Assembly: GCA_964603585.1 (NCBI GenBank)
Contig: CAZRVK010000001.1
Span: 5,327-69,326 of the forward strand
Direction of reading: 5' to 3'
DNA: 64,000 nt
Source: an uncultured Planctomycetales bacterium
Lineage (GTDB): Bacteria; Omnitrophota; Gorgyraeia; Gygaellales; Profunditerraquicolaceae
Below, piece after piece: positions 42,330-50,611 of this stretch. Positions within the stretch are counted from its first letter, which is position 1, and every line of letters starts with the position of its first letter. The position numbers were made by a program, and so were the translations under genes. The notes under the pieces were generated by a model. That model saw only the letters and a list, made by a program, of their open reading frames with translations, made no database searches and was not told the DNA's origin.

Positions 42330-43080
42330 ATTCCTTCTTAGTTCATTAGTATTCCTTGCGGCCGTAGCCTATGTAATAAAATTCGGCACTCCTCAACTGT
42401 TAAGAATGTATGTAGAAACAGGTATGGGCAACTGCCAAAACCAGCCGATTTTCTGCACCATCCCGCAAGGTGAGATTAATAATCCAGATATTGACGCCGA
42501 CTATATCAAAGGCTTAACACGTTATATGCTCCCGGAGATCGAAATCGATGTCCCAAAAAATTTTACCGTGGTCAAGCAATCTATTACCAAGGTTTATTAT
42601 AAGAAACGCCGCCAGCTTGATAAAAAGCCGACAATATACCTGCTTTATCAAAAACCGGGGTTTTTCATCAATTTATTCCCGCAGCTGCAAAGGCAGGGGG
42701 TAGAAGATGACTACACGTTCATGCAAATGACCTTAAACGCCAAGACCAAAGATATCAAGAATATTACCGATGCATTCTTCTCCATTACCAAATCGATCTT
42801 TACCCCTAATTTAGGAGATCAGAAAAACTTAAAGATCGTCCGGTTCGTAGTGAAAAATAAACGCGGGTTCATTACTTACAACCTTATGCCGAAAGAAAAC
42901 TATTTCGACTGTAATTTATTCGATACCGATAAGAATTATTTCAAGCTGTATATCAAGGATATCGGCGCAACTTTAGACCTTGAGAAAGTCATCGCCATCA
43001 TTTCAACAATAAAAAAAGGCGATATCCCCGCAATAAGCGATAAATTGCCAGGATTGGAACAATCTGTCAAGATAAAATAA
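42307..43080 (+). CDS. hypothetical membrane-anchored protein
   Basis: N-terminal signal anchor (AIIKFLLSSLVFLAAVAYVI). No recognisable domain. The start is uncertain (the track ORF starts at 42283). Confidence 0.4.
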   Translation: MKKKAIIKFLLSSLVFLAAVAYVIKFGTPQLLRMYVETGMGNCQNQPIFCTIPQGEINNPDIDADYIKGLTRYMLPEIEIDVPKNFTVVKQSITKVYYKKRRQLDKKPTIYLLYQKPGFFINLFPQLQRQGVEDDYTFMQMTLNAKTKDIKNITDAFFSITKSIFTPNLGDQKNLKIVRFVVKNKRGFITYNLMPKENYFDCNLFDTDKNYFKLYIKDIGATLDLEKVIAIISTIKKGDIPAISDKLPGLEQSVKIK

Positions 43081-43167
43081 AGTTTGCCTTGACTTTTAGC
43101 TGGTTTTGAGCTAAAAATAAAGGGTTGTTAATCAATAGAAAGGTTTCAGGCCGTGAATCTCGAATCA

Positions 43168-44460
43168 ATGGATAAAATAGTCTCGCTTTGCAAACGCAGA
43201 GGGTTTATTTTCCAATCCTCGGATATTTACGGCGGCCTTTCCAATACCTGGGACTACGGGCCTTACGGAGTAGAACTTAAAAATAACGTCAAACGCGCCT
43301 GGTGGAAAACAGTAGTTTACCAGCGTAACGATATATTCGGTATGGATGCGGCGATTTTAATGCACCCCAAAGTCTGGGAGGCTTCCGGGCATGTGGAAAA
43401 CTTCTATGACCTGAAAAGCGACTGCAAATCATGCAAAAAACGCTTTAAAACCGCTGACCTTAAAGACCCGAAGAAGTGCCCGGAATGTTCCGGAGAATTG
43501 ACCGAAGGCAGGCCATTTAACCTTATGTTCAAAACACATCAAGGACCGGTAGCAGATGATGCCAGCCTTATTTATATGCGCCCGGAAACCGCACAGGGAA
43601 TGTTCGTAAATTTCCTGAATATCATGGATTCAAAACACCCGAAACTGCCTTTTGGCATGGCACAGATCGGCAAGGCATTCCGCAATGAGATCACTCCCGG
43701 GAATTTTATTTTCCGCACCAGGGAATTCGAGCAGATGGAGATCGAATATTTTGTCCGGCCGGCAGAGGCCGATAACGCCTTCGATTATTGGGTCAATGAA
43801 AGATTCAACTGGTATCTGGGGCTGGGAATAAAAAAAGAGAAACTGCGACAGCGCCGGCATGAACAGGATGAACTGGCGCATTATGCCCGCGCCTGTACCG
43901 ATGTAGAGTATAATTTCCCGATCGGATGGAGCGAACTGGAAGGGGTGGCAAACCGCACTGACTTCGACCTGCGCATGCATGCCGAAAAAAGCGGCCGGGA
44001 TTTCAACTACTTCGATGATGCCTCAAAAGAAAAGTTCATCCCTTTTATTATAGAGCCTTCGGGCGGGGTAGACCGCAGTATACTGGCATTCTTAACCGAT
44101 GCCTATCATGAAGAAAAGGTTAAAGACGATATACGCGTGGTCCTAAAGCTTCACAAAGATCTTTCTCCGGTAAAAGTCGCCGTCCTGCCCCTTTTAAAGA
44201 ACCGGCCTCAAATTACGGAACTGGCAAAAAGAATTGCTCAAGACCTAAAGAAAAGCATCCCTGCAGTCTATGATGACACAGCGGCTATCGGTAAACTTTA
44301 CCGGCGGCAGGATGAAGTCGGAACGCTTTATTGCGTAACCATAGATGTGCAGTCTTTAGAAGACAATCAAGTCACCGTTCGCGATCGAGATACTATGTTA
44401 CAGGAAAGAATCGCTATTGACAGGTTAAAAAGTTATATTTTAGATAAACTTAACAATTAG
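43168..44460 (+). CDS. glyQS: glycine--tRNA ligase (alpha2 dimeric type)
   Basis: SLCKRRGFIFQSSDIYGGLSNTWDYGPYGVELKNNVKRAWW and class II motifs. The ORF could start at the GTG at 43153. Confidence 0.85.
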   Translation: MDKIVSLCKRRGFIFQSSDIYGGLSNTWDYGPYGVELKNNVKRAWWKTVVYQRNDIFGMDAAILMHPKVWEASGHVENFYDLKSDCKSCKKRFKTADLKDPKKCPECSGELTEGRPFNLMFKTHQGPVADDASLIYMRPETAQGMFVNFLNIMDSKHPKLPFGMAQIGKAFRNEITPGNFIFRTREFEQMEIEYFVRPAEADNAFDYWVNERFNWYLGLGIKKEKLRQRRHEQDELAHYARACTDVEYNFPIGWSELEGVANRTDFDLRMHAEKSGRDFNYFDDASKEKFIPFIIEPSGGVDRSILAFLTDAYHEEKVKDDIRVVLKLHKDLSPVKVAVLPLLKNRPQITELAKRIAQDLKKSIPAVYDDTAAIGKLYRRQDEVGTLYCVTIDVQSLEDNQVTVRDRDTMLQERIAIDRLKSYILDKLNN

Positions 44461-44464
44461 CACG

Positions 44465-44561
44465 TAGTCCATTGAGTTTTGGTTCTTGGCTCTTGGCCTA
44501 TGGCTCATCTGTTTTACTATGAGCCATGAGCTATAAGCCAAAAGCCACATGCTATGGACTA
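44465..44561. repeat. ATGAGCC/GGCTCAT heptamer hairpin repeat element, copy C (with outer 8-bp IR TAGTCCAT/ATGGACTA)
   Basis: TTGGCTCTTGGCCTATGGCTCAT-loop-ATGAGCCATGAGCTATAAGCCAAAAGCCA; the right terminus is GCTATGGACTAAA. Confidence 0.8.
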
Positions 44562-44582
44562 AAAAGGAGGGTTTTAAAAGCA

Positions 44583-47321
44583 ATGGCAAAGAAATATGTT
44601 TATTCGTTTGGCGGTGGAAAGGCTGATGGCAATGAAAGCATGAAAAATCTTCTGGGTGGCAAAGGCGCTAACCTGGCGGAAATGGCCGGACATAAAAACC
44701 TAAAACTTCCGGTACCTCCGGGATTTACCCTAACCACGGAAGTTTGTACTTACTATTATGACCATAAAAAATCTTATCCCAAGGGATTAAGAGAAGATGT
44801 TGATAAGGCGATGGCAAAGATCGAATCCTTAATGGACAGGGGTTTCGGCGATGCCGATAATCCGTTATTAGTTTCCGTTCGCTCCGGCGCGCGTAAATCC
44901 ATGCCCGGGATGATGGAGACTGTTTTAAATGTAGGATTGACCGAAAAAACTATCCCCGGCCTCGTCAAACAATCTAACGGCAATGCCCGTTTCGTTTATG
45001 ATGCTTACCGCAGGCTGATCATGATGTATTCCGATGTAGTCATGGAAAAGGCCGCCGGTATCGAACCAAAAGATGAAGAAGGCATCCGCAAACAGTTAGA
45101 ACGCATCATGGCCCAAATGAAGAAGGAAAAAGGCTACACCAGCGATACCGACCTTACCGTAGAAGACTTGAAGAAACTGACGGCTATGTTCAAAGAAAAG
45201 GTAAAAGAAGTCTTAGGCAAAGATTTCCCCGATGATCCCAAACAACAGTTATGGGGAGGGATTGGCGCAGTATTCTCATCATGGAACGGTAAACGTGCTA
45301 TCAGCTACCGCCGTATCGAGAATATCCCTGATGAATGGGGTACTGCCGTAAACGTGCAAACAATGGTATTCGGAAATATGGGCAATGATTCCGCAACAGG
45401 AGTAGCCTTTAGCCGTAATCCCGGAAATGGAGAAAACGGTTTTTACGGAGAATACCTGATCAACGCACAGGGTGAAGATGTCGTGGCCGGGATACGTACA
45501 CCGGCACCGATCAACGAATACTCAAAATCCGACCATAATAAGGATTTATTGACATTGGAAAAAGCAATGCCCGCGATCTATAAAGAGCTGTCCGGTTTCC
45601 GCGCACGCCTGGAAAAACATTACCGTGATATGCAGGATATCGAGTTTACCATCGAAAAGGGCAGGCTTTTCATGCTTCAGTGCCGCGTAGGAAAGCGTAA
45701 TGGTCCGGCTGCGGTGCGTATCGCAGTTGACATGCTTAAGGAAAAGGCAATCAAAAAAGAAGAAGCCGTAATGCGTGTCAGCCCAGCACAACTTGATGAA
45801 TTGCTTCATCCGATCATCAATCCAAAAGATGAACTCGCAAATAAGCCTCTGGCCAAAGGCCTTCCGGCAGGCCCGGGTGGCGCTTCGGGACAGATAGTTT
45901 TCAGCGCCGCTGATGCAGTGGAGTGGAAAAAACAGGGTAAAAAATTGATCCTTGTCCGGGAAGAAACCAATCCCGAGGATGTTGACGGAATGCGTGCGGC
46001 CGAAGCAATCCTTACCGCCCGCGGAGGAATGACCTCACATGCTGCATTAGTCGCCCGCGGCTGGGGCAAATGCTGTATTGTCGGCTGTTCCGACTTGCAC
46101 ATCGATTATGCTAAAAAAGAACTGCATGTGGCTGGAAAGATATTAAAGGAAGGGGAGTGGCTGACGTTAAACGGGACCAAAGGAACGGTTTATGCCGGAA
46201 AACTTCCCATGATGGATGCGACCGAAGAAAATGTTCTTTTGACCCAGTTCCTTAACCTGTGCGGCTCGATCAAGAAATTAGGGATCCGCACCAACGCGGA
46301 AACCCCGGAAGACGCAGCAAAGGCAAGGCAGTTCGGCGCTGAAGGAATTGGTTTATTCAGGACCGAGCATATGTTTTACGGTAAAGGTTCTGATGAACCT
46401 CTTTTTATCTTACGTAAAATGATCGTTTCTAAAACAGAAGCAGAAAGGCAAAAAGCGGCAGATGAACTTTTCCCATATGTCAAAAAAGACATGAAAGCAA
46501 CTCTTGAAGCAATGAACGGATTCCCGGTCGTTATCCGCCTACTGGACCCGCCGCTGCATGAATTTGTGCCCAGAGAAACGGAAAAATTACAGGAATTAGC
46601 CAAAGAGTTGAATATCTCAATGGAAGAGCTCACGAAGCGCGCCGAAGGCCTGCATGAATCAAATCCGATGATGGGCCACCGCGGAGTGCGTTTAGGAGTG
46701 ACTTATCCGGAGATCAGCGCTATGCAAATCAAGGCTATCTTCGAAGCCGCGGCCGAGTTGCTTAAAGAAGGCAAAAAACCGTACCCGGAGATCATGATCC
46801 CGGTAGTTTGCGACGTAAAAGAACTGGATGACCAGCTTGTGATCGCCAAAAATATATATAAGGAAGTGCTTAAGAAATACGGGTTAAAAACCATAAAGCA
46901 TATGTTTGGCACAATGATCGAGATCCCTCGCGCAGCGCTTGTGGCCGGTGAACTGGCAACTGTCGCGCAGTTCTTCTCCTACGGAACAAACGACATGACC
47001 CAGATGGGATTCGGATTTTCCCGTGACGATATCGGAGGGTTCCTGCCGGAATATGTCAAAAAGGGCATTTTACCGGAAGACCCCTTCCAGACCATTGACC
47101 AGAAAGGGATCGGAGAACTGATTAAGATCGGTATTGAACGCGGCCGTAAAACCCGTCGTGACCTGGAAGTCGGTATTTGCGGGGAACACGGAGGAGACCC
47201 GCGCACAGTTGAATTCTGCCATAAGGTCGGCATGAATTATGTAAGCTGTTCGCCTTTCCGCGTGCCGATCGCAAAGCTGTCAGCAGCACAGGCGGTGTTA
47301 AAAGAGAAGTCAAAGAAATAA
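44583..47321 (+). CDS. ppdK: pyruvate, phosphate dikinase
   Basis: PEP-utilising enzyme domains, a phosphohistidine region (GGMTSHAALVARGWG), and a C-terminal TIM barrel. RBS AAAAGGAGGG precedes the ATG at 44583. The track start 44526 is inside the repeat. Confidence 0.9.
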   Translation: MAKKYVYSFGGGKADGNESMKNLLGGKGANLAEMAGHKNLKLPVPPGFTLTTEVCTYYYDHKKSYPKGLREDVDKAMAKIESLMDRGFGDADNPLLVSVRSGARKSMPGMMETVLNVGLTEKTIPGLVKQSNGNARFVYDAYRRLIMMYSDVVMEKAAGIEPKDEEGIRKQLERIMAQMKKEKGYTSDTDLTVEDLKKLTAMFKEKVKEVLGKDFPDDPKQQLWGGIGAVFSSWNGKRAISYRRIENIPDEWGTAVNVQTMVFGNMGNDSATGVAFSRNPGNGENGFYGEYLINAQGEDVVAGIRTPAPINEYSKSDHNKDLLTLEKAMPAIYKELSGFRARLEKHYRDMQDIEFTIEKGRLFMLQCRVGKRNGPAAVRIAVDMLKEKAIKKEEAVMRVSPAQLDELLHPIINPKDELANKPLAKGLPAGPGGASGQIVFSAADAVEWKKQGKKLILVREETNPEDVDGMRAAEAILTARGGMTSHAALVARGWGKCCIVGCSDLHIDYAKKELHVAGKILKEGEWLTLNGTKGTVYAGKLPMMDATEENVLLTQFLNLCGSIKKLGIRTNAETPEDAAKARQFGAEGIGLFRTEHMFYGKGSDEPLFILRKMIVSKTEAERQKAADELFPYVKKDMKATLEAMNGFPVVIRLLDPPLHEFVPRETEKLQELAKELNISMEELTKRAEGLHESNPMMGHRGVRLGVTYPEISAMQIKAIFEAAAELLKEGKKPYPEIMIPVVCDVKELDDQLVIAKNIYKEVLKKYGLKTIKHMFGTMIEIPRAALVAGELATVAQFFSYGTNDMTQMGFGFSRDDIGGFLPEYVKKGILPEDPFQTIDQKGIGELIKIGIERGRKTRRDLEVGICGEHGGDPRTVEFCHKVGMNYVSCSPFRVPIAKLSAAQAVLKEKSKK

Positions 47322-47405
47322 GGTAGCTCATGGCTCATAGCTCATGGCTCATTATAAAAAATGAGCTCTGAGCTATGAGCCAACTACCCAACGCTATGGA
47401 CTAAA
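47322..47405. repeat. ATGAGCC/GGCTCAT heptamer hairpin repeat element, copy D
   Basis: TAGCTCATGGCTCATAGCTCATGGCTCAT-TATAAAAA-ATGAGCTCTGAGCTATGAGCCAACTACCCAACGCTATGGACTAAA. Confidence 0.8.
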
Positions 47406-47407
47406 CT

Positions 47408-48223
47408 ATGGAAGCCCTAAAAACATACCTCAAAGAAATACGCACCATTGCCTTATTAAAACCGGAAGAAGAGATATCCTTAAGTACCAAGGTACAAAAA
47501 GGGGATGAACATGCCAGGAAGGCAATGATCCGCGCAAATCTTAGGCTTGTAATCAACATCGCCAAGAAATACATGTATCTGGGAATTCCACTCCTGGATC
47601 TGATTGAAGAGGGGAATTTAGGCCTGATGCGGGCGGTAGATAAGTTCGATCCGAAACGAGGATTCCGTTTCTCAACCTATGCGGCCTGGTGGATCAAACA
47701 AAGCATATCCCGATCCATTGTCGAGCATGGGAAAATGATCCGTATCCCGGTTTACATGAACGAACTGATCACTAAATGGAAAAAAACCAAAGAACAGCTG
47801 GCGCATAAACTAAACCAGCTGCCGACAGATGAGGAAATAGCAAAAAAACTTAAACTGTCCGTGGATAAAGTAGAACAAATAAATTTCTGGCTTTCAACCA
47901 GTACCTCTTCATTAGAGGCCCCGATCGGAGAAGAAGGGGAAAGCCATATTTCGGACCTGGTAGAGGATAAAACTTCAATTTCTCCTGACGCAGAGATCGA
48001 GCATATGATGGATAAAGAACGCGTCGCCAACCTTTTAGCCGGGATGCTGGACCGGGAAAGAAAAGTGCTGGATATGCGCTTTGGCCTAGCGGACGGCAAA
48101 GCCCATACCTTAGCGGAAGTTTCTAAGAAACTTGGGGTTTCCCGTGAAAGGGTAAGGCAAATCGAAGAAGAGGCCTTGCGCAAAATACGTAAAGTTGTAG
48201 ATCAACAAGATGGAGAATTATAA
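47408..48223 (+). CDS. RNA polymerase sigma factor, sigma-70 family (regions 1.2/2/3/4, no region 1.1)
   Basis: Region 2 DLIEEGNLGLMRAVDKFDPKRGFRFSTYAAWWIKQSI and region 4.2 TLAEVSKKLGVSRERVRQIEEEALRKIR. 271 aa. Confidence 0.8.
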   Translation: MEALKTYLKEIRTIALLKPEEEISLSTKVQKGDEHARKAMIRANLRLVINIAKKYMYLGIPLLDLIEEGNLGLMRAVDKFDPKRGFRFSTYAAWWIKQSISRSIVEHGKMIRIPVYMNELITKWKKTKEQLAHKLNQLPTDEEIAKKLKLSVDKVEQINFWLSTSTSSLEAPIGEEGESHISDLVEDKTSISPDAEIEHMMDKERVANLLAGMLDRERKVLDMRFGLADGKAHTLAEVSKKLGVSRERVRQIEEEALRKIRKVVDQQDGEL

Positions 48224-48247
48224 GCCTGTTAAAAAGGAGCCGTAGAG

Positions 48248-48772
48248 ATGAAGGCAAAGATTGATTTAAAAGAGCATATCCGGAATATACCGGATTTCCC
48301 CAAAAAAGGGATATTGTTCCGGGATATTACCACCCTTTTAAAAGATAAACAGGCATTTAAAAGCGCTATAGATACTATAGTAAAAAAATATAAAAGCAAG
48401 AAAATCGATAAAGTAGTCGCGGTTGAGGCACGCGGGTTCATTCTGGGTGGGGCGATCGCGCATTGTTTGGGGGCAGGATTTGTACCGGTGCGTAAAAAAG
48501 GCAAACTGCCATGGAAAACCAATAGTATCACCTATGACTTGGAATATGGCACCGACACTCTGGATATGCATGATGATGCCATCAAACCCAATAACCGCGT
48601 ATTAATAATTGATGACCTCTTAGCTACCGGAGGGACGATCAAGGCAGTTATTGACCTGGTCAAACAATCCCAGGGCAAGATCATCGGTATCGGTTTTTTA
48701 ATCGAGCTCACCGGCTTAAAAGGCGCACAAAAGCTAAAAGACTATCCGCTGTATTCGGTGATAAAATATTAA
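48248..48772 (+). CDS. apt: adenine phosphoribosyltransferase
   Basis: IRNIPDFPKKGILFRDITTLL and the PRPP motif VLIIDDLLATGGT. Confidence 0.9.
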   Translation: MKAKIDLKEHIRNIPDFPKKGILFRDITTLLKDKQAFKSAIDTIVKKYKSKKIDKVVAVEARGFILGGAIAHCLGAGFVPVRKKGKLPWKTNSITYDLEYGTDTLDMHDDAIKPNNRVLIIDDLLATGGTIKAVIDLVKQSQGKIIGIGFLIELTGLKGAQKLKDYPLYSVIKY

Positions 48773-48781
48773 AGTCGCCAT

Positions 48782-48866
48782 GGGTCACAAGGTCACAAAG
48801 TAATGTTTGAATCCTTAGTATATAGCAACAAAAAAGCTTTTACTTGTGACGTTGTGACATTGTAAC
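48782..48866. repeat. imperfect inverted repeat built from GTCACAA units between apt and tRNA-Arg
   Basis: GTCACAAGGTCACAAAGT ... about 36 nt ... ACTTGTGACGTTGTGAC, with 2 mismatches in 18. Confidence 0.5.
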
Positions 48867-48895
48867 TTTGAAACCCATAGCTATCGACTTAAATA

Positions 48896-48969
48896 GCCCC
48901 TGTAGCTCATAAGGATAGAGCAGCAGTTTCCTAAACTGCGTGCGGCAGGTTCGATTCCTGCCAGGGGCA
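48896..48969 (+). tRNA. tRNA-Arg (anticodon CCT)
   Basis: Cloverleaf folded by hand: acceptor GCCCCTG/CAGGGGC, D arm GCTC-ATAAGGATA-GAGC, anticodon stem GCAGT/ACTGC with loop TTCCTAA, T arm GCAGG-TTCGATT-CCTGC, discriminator A. Confidence 0.85.
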
Positions 48970-48984
48970 TTTTACTAAATAGCT

Positions 48985-49062
48985 TTGGGTAGATGGCTCA
49001 TAGATCATGGTTCATAGCTTATATATGTAATATGAGCCATCAGCCATGAGCTATGAACAAAA
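48985..49062. repeat. ATGAGCC/GGCTCAT heptamer hairpin repeat element, copy E
   Basis: GATGGCTCATAGATCATGGTTCATAGCTTATAT ... ATATGAGCCATCAGCCATGAGCTATGAACA. Confidence 0.75.
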
Positions 49063-49082
49063 TTCCTATTTTCGTATAAAGT

Positions 49083-49727
49083 ATGTATAACCTACACTGC
49101 CACTCCTTACTAAGTGATGGAGTTTTGCTTCCCGCAGAAGTTGCTGTGCGATACATGGAGGCCGGATACAAGGCGCTTGCCATTACTGACCATGTCGATT
49201 ACAGCAATATCGAATCAGTAGTAAAATCTATTTTAAAGTTCACCCGCACCTGGCCTAAAAACTCACCAATCAGAATTCTTAGCGGGATCGAATTAACCCA
49301 TCTGCCGCTAAACCAATTCAAGCCTTTAGTTAAATATGCCCGGAAATCCGGGATACAGGTGATCGTTGGCCACGGAGAAAGCCCGGTAGAACCGGTGATC
49401 GCTGGCACAAATCGCGCGGCATTAGAAGCAGGCGTCGATATCCTTGCGCATCCGGGACTGATCAACGATGAGGAGATAAAGCTGGCAGTTAAAAAAGGTG
49501 TGTTCCTGGAAATTACCGCGCGATCCGGGCACAACCGTACTAACCAGCATGTGGCAAAACAAGCGCTGAAATCCGGGGCAAAGTTCGTCATCGACACCGA
49601 CGGGCATACTCCCGAGGATATCATCAGCCCGGAAAAATTGAAAAAAGTCGGGATCGACGCCGGAATAGCGCCTGAAGCAATCGATAAAATGTACCTGCAA
49701 ATAAGGGATTTTGTCCGGCGAATATAA
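49083..49727 (+). CDS. PHP (polymerase/histidinol-phosphatase) domain metal-dependent phosphoesterase
   Basis: HCHSLLSDG...ITDHVD...VGHGESP...DTDGH metal-ligand pattern. Confidence 0.7.
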   Translation: MYNLHCHSLLSDGVLLPAEVAVRYMEAGYKALAITDHVDYSNIESVVKSILKFTRTWPKNSPIRILSGIELTHLPLNQFKPLVKYARKSGIQVIVGHGESPVEPVIAGTNRAALEAGVDILAHPGLINDEEIKLAVKKGVFLEITARSGHNRTNQHVAKQALKSGAKFVIDTDGHTPEDIISPEKLKKVGIDAGIAPEAIDKMYLQIRDFVRRI

Positions 49728-49731
49728 TCCT

Positions 49732-49809
49732 TAATTCAACCACGTAGGGGATACGACGGATATAGTCCATAATTCAACCATGTAGGGGATGGTCGCGACC
49801 ATCCCCTAC
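49732..49809. repeat. tandem 21-mer (TAATTCAACCAYGTAGGGGAT x2) ending in a perfect 28-bp palindrome GTAGGGGATGGTCGCGACCATCCCCTAC
   Basis: Direct repeats at 49732-49752 and 49770-49790; palindrome at 49782-49809, followed by TACAAT. Confidence 0.8.
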
Positions 49810-49876
49810 AATGAAAATAAATAATTATAACGGCAAAAACAATATGATCCTCCTCCGATGCAAGAGGGATCAGGAG

Positions 49877-50347
49877 ATGTCAAAGATGAAGTTAAAGTTT
49901 TCATTTATATTAATAACATTCTTTTTTATGTGCTTAGCCTGCGGATGCGCCTCAACCGGCAGTAAAGGCCCCGATATAAACACCCCGGGGCCAATACAAC
50001 CCCAGGCCATCTTGAAGTTTGGCGATATCCCCATGCCCAGCGGGTTTAAGGAAATACCCGGAGAATCATACTCATTCCAAAGCTCCGGGATACGCGTAGG
50101 GCTTTTGAAATATCAGGGCAAAGCCGATATCGAACAGATCATCAGCTTTTATAAAGAGCAGATGCCGATGTACAACTGGAACCTCTTAAATGTCGTAGAA
50201 TACGGCCAACGCATGCTCAATTTTGACCGCCAGGAAGAAACCTGCATCATCAGCCTTACCCCTAAAGGCAAGAACGTAATTATGATTATTTCCGTAGGCC
50301 CAAAATCGACTGGAGCCAAGAAAATTCCAGCCAAACCACTGAAATAG
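49877..50347 (+). CDS. hypothetical lipoprotein
   Basis: Signal peptide with lipobox CLACGCAS. RBS GGAG before the ATG at 49877. The track ORF starts at 49811. Confidence 0.5.
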   Translation: MSKMKLKFSFILITFFFMCLACGCASTGSKGPDINTPGPIQPQAILKFGDIPMPSGFKEIPGESYSFQSSGIRVGLLKYQGKADIEQIISFYKEQMPMYNWNLLNVVEYGQRMLNFDRQEETCIISLTPKGKNVIMIISVGPKSTGAKKIPAKPLK

Positions 50348-50389
50348 TTTAATTTTATTAAAAAAATCCCCTATTCGAGTAAAAAATGC

Positions 50390-50419
50390 TTGACAATCAA
50401 CGGGTTATATGATAAAAAT
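50390..50419 (+). promoter_or_regulatory. candidate promoter (TTGACA-18-TAAAAT) giving about 190 nt 5' UTR for the OMP gene
   Basis: TTGACA at 50390-50395; an AT-rich -10 region follows. Confidence 0.35.
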
Positions 50420-50611
50420 ACAATGAACTTGATTATACCACTGGAAATGGCTTAAATGTACGACGTAAAGGAGGTGGTTAAATTAAACTGTCTAAAGCCA
50501 TGACAAAACCAGTGATATAAAAATAGATGGTAACTCTCTAGGAGTAAATATAAAAACCTAGTTAATATAATATTCATAATCCAATAAGTATCTTACAGGA
50601 GGTTTTAAAAA

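Noticed and set aside
43081-43152. Possible T-box or regulatory hairpin TTAGCTGGTTTTGAGCTAA upstream of glyQS
   Set aside because: The stem is only 5-6 bp with a mismatch. No T-box specifier loop or antiterminator consensus was found.
25191-49062. Possibility that the ATGAGCC repeats are a CRISPR array
   Set aside because: The copies are dispersed over 24 kb, are internally palindromic, and have no regular unique spacers and no cas genes.
49744-49765. GGGGATACGACGG resembling the 5' end of tmRNA
   Set aside because: No tag-peptide reading frame, pseudoknots or T-arm/CCA end follow. The sequence is part of a tandem 21-mer repeat.
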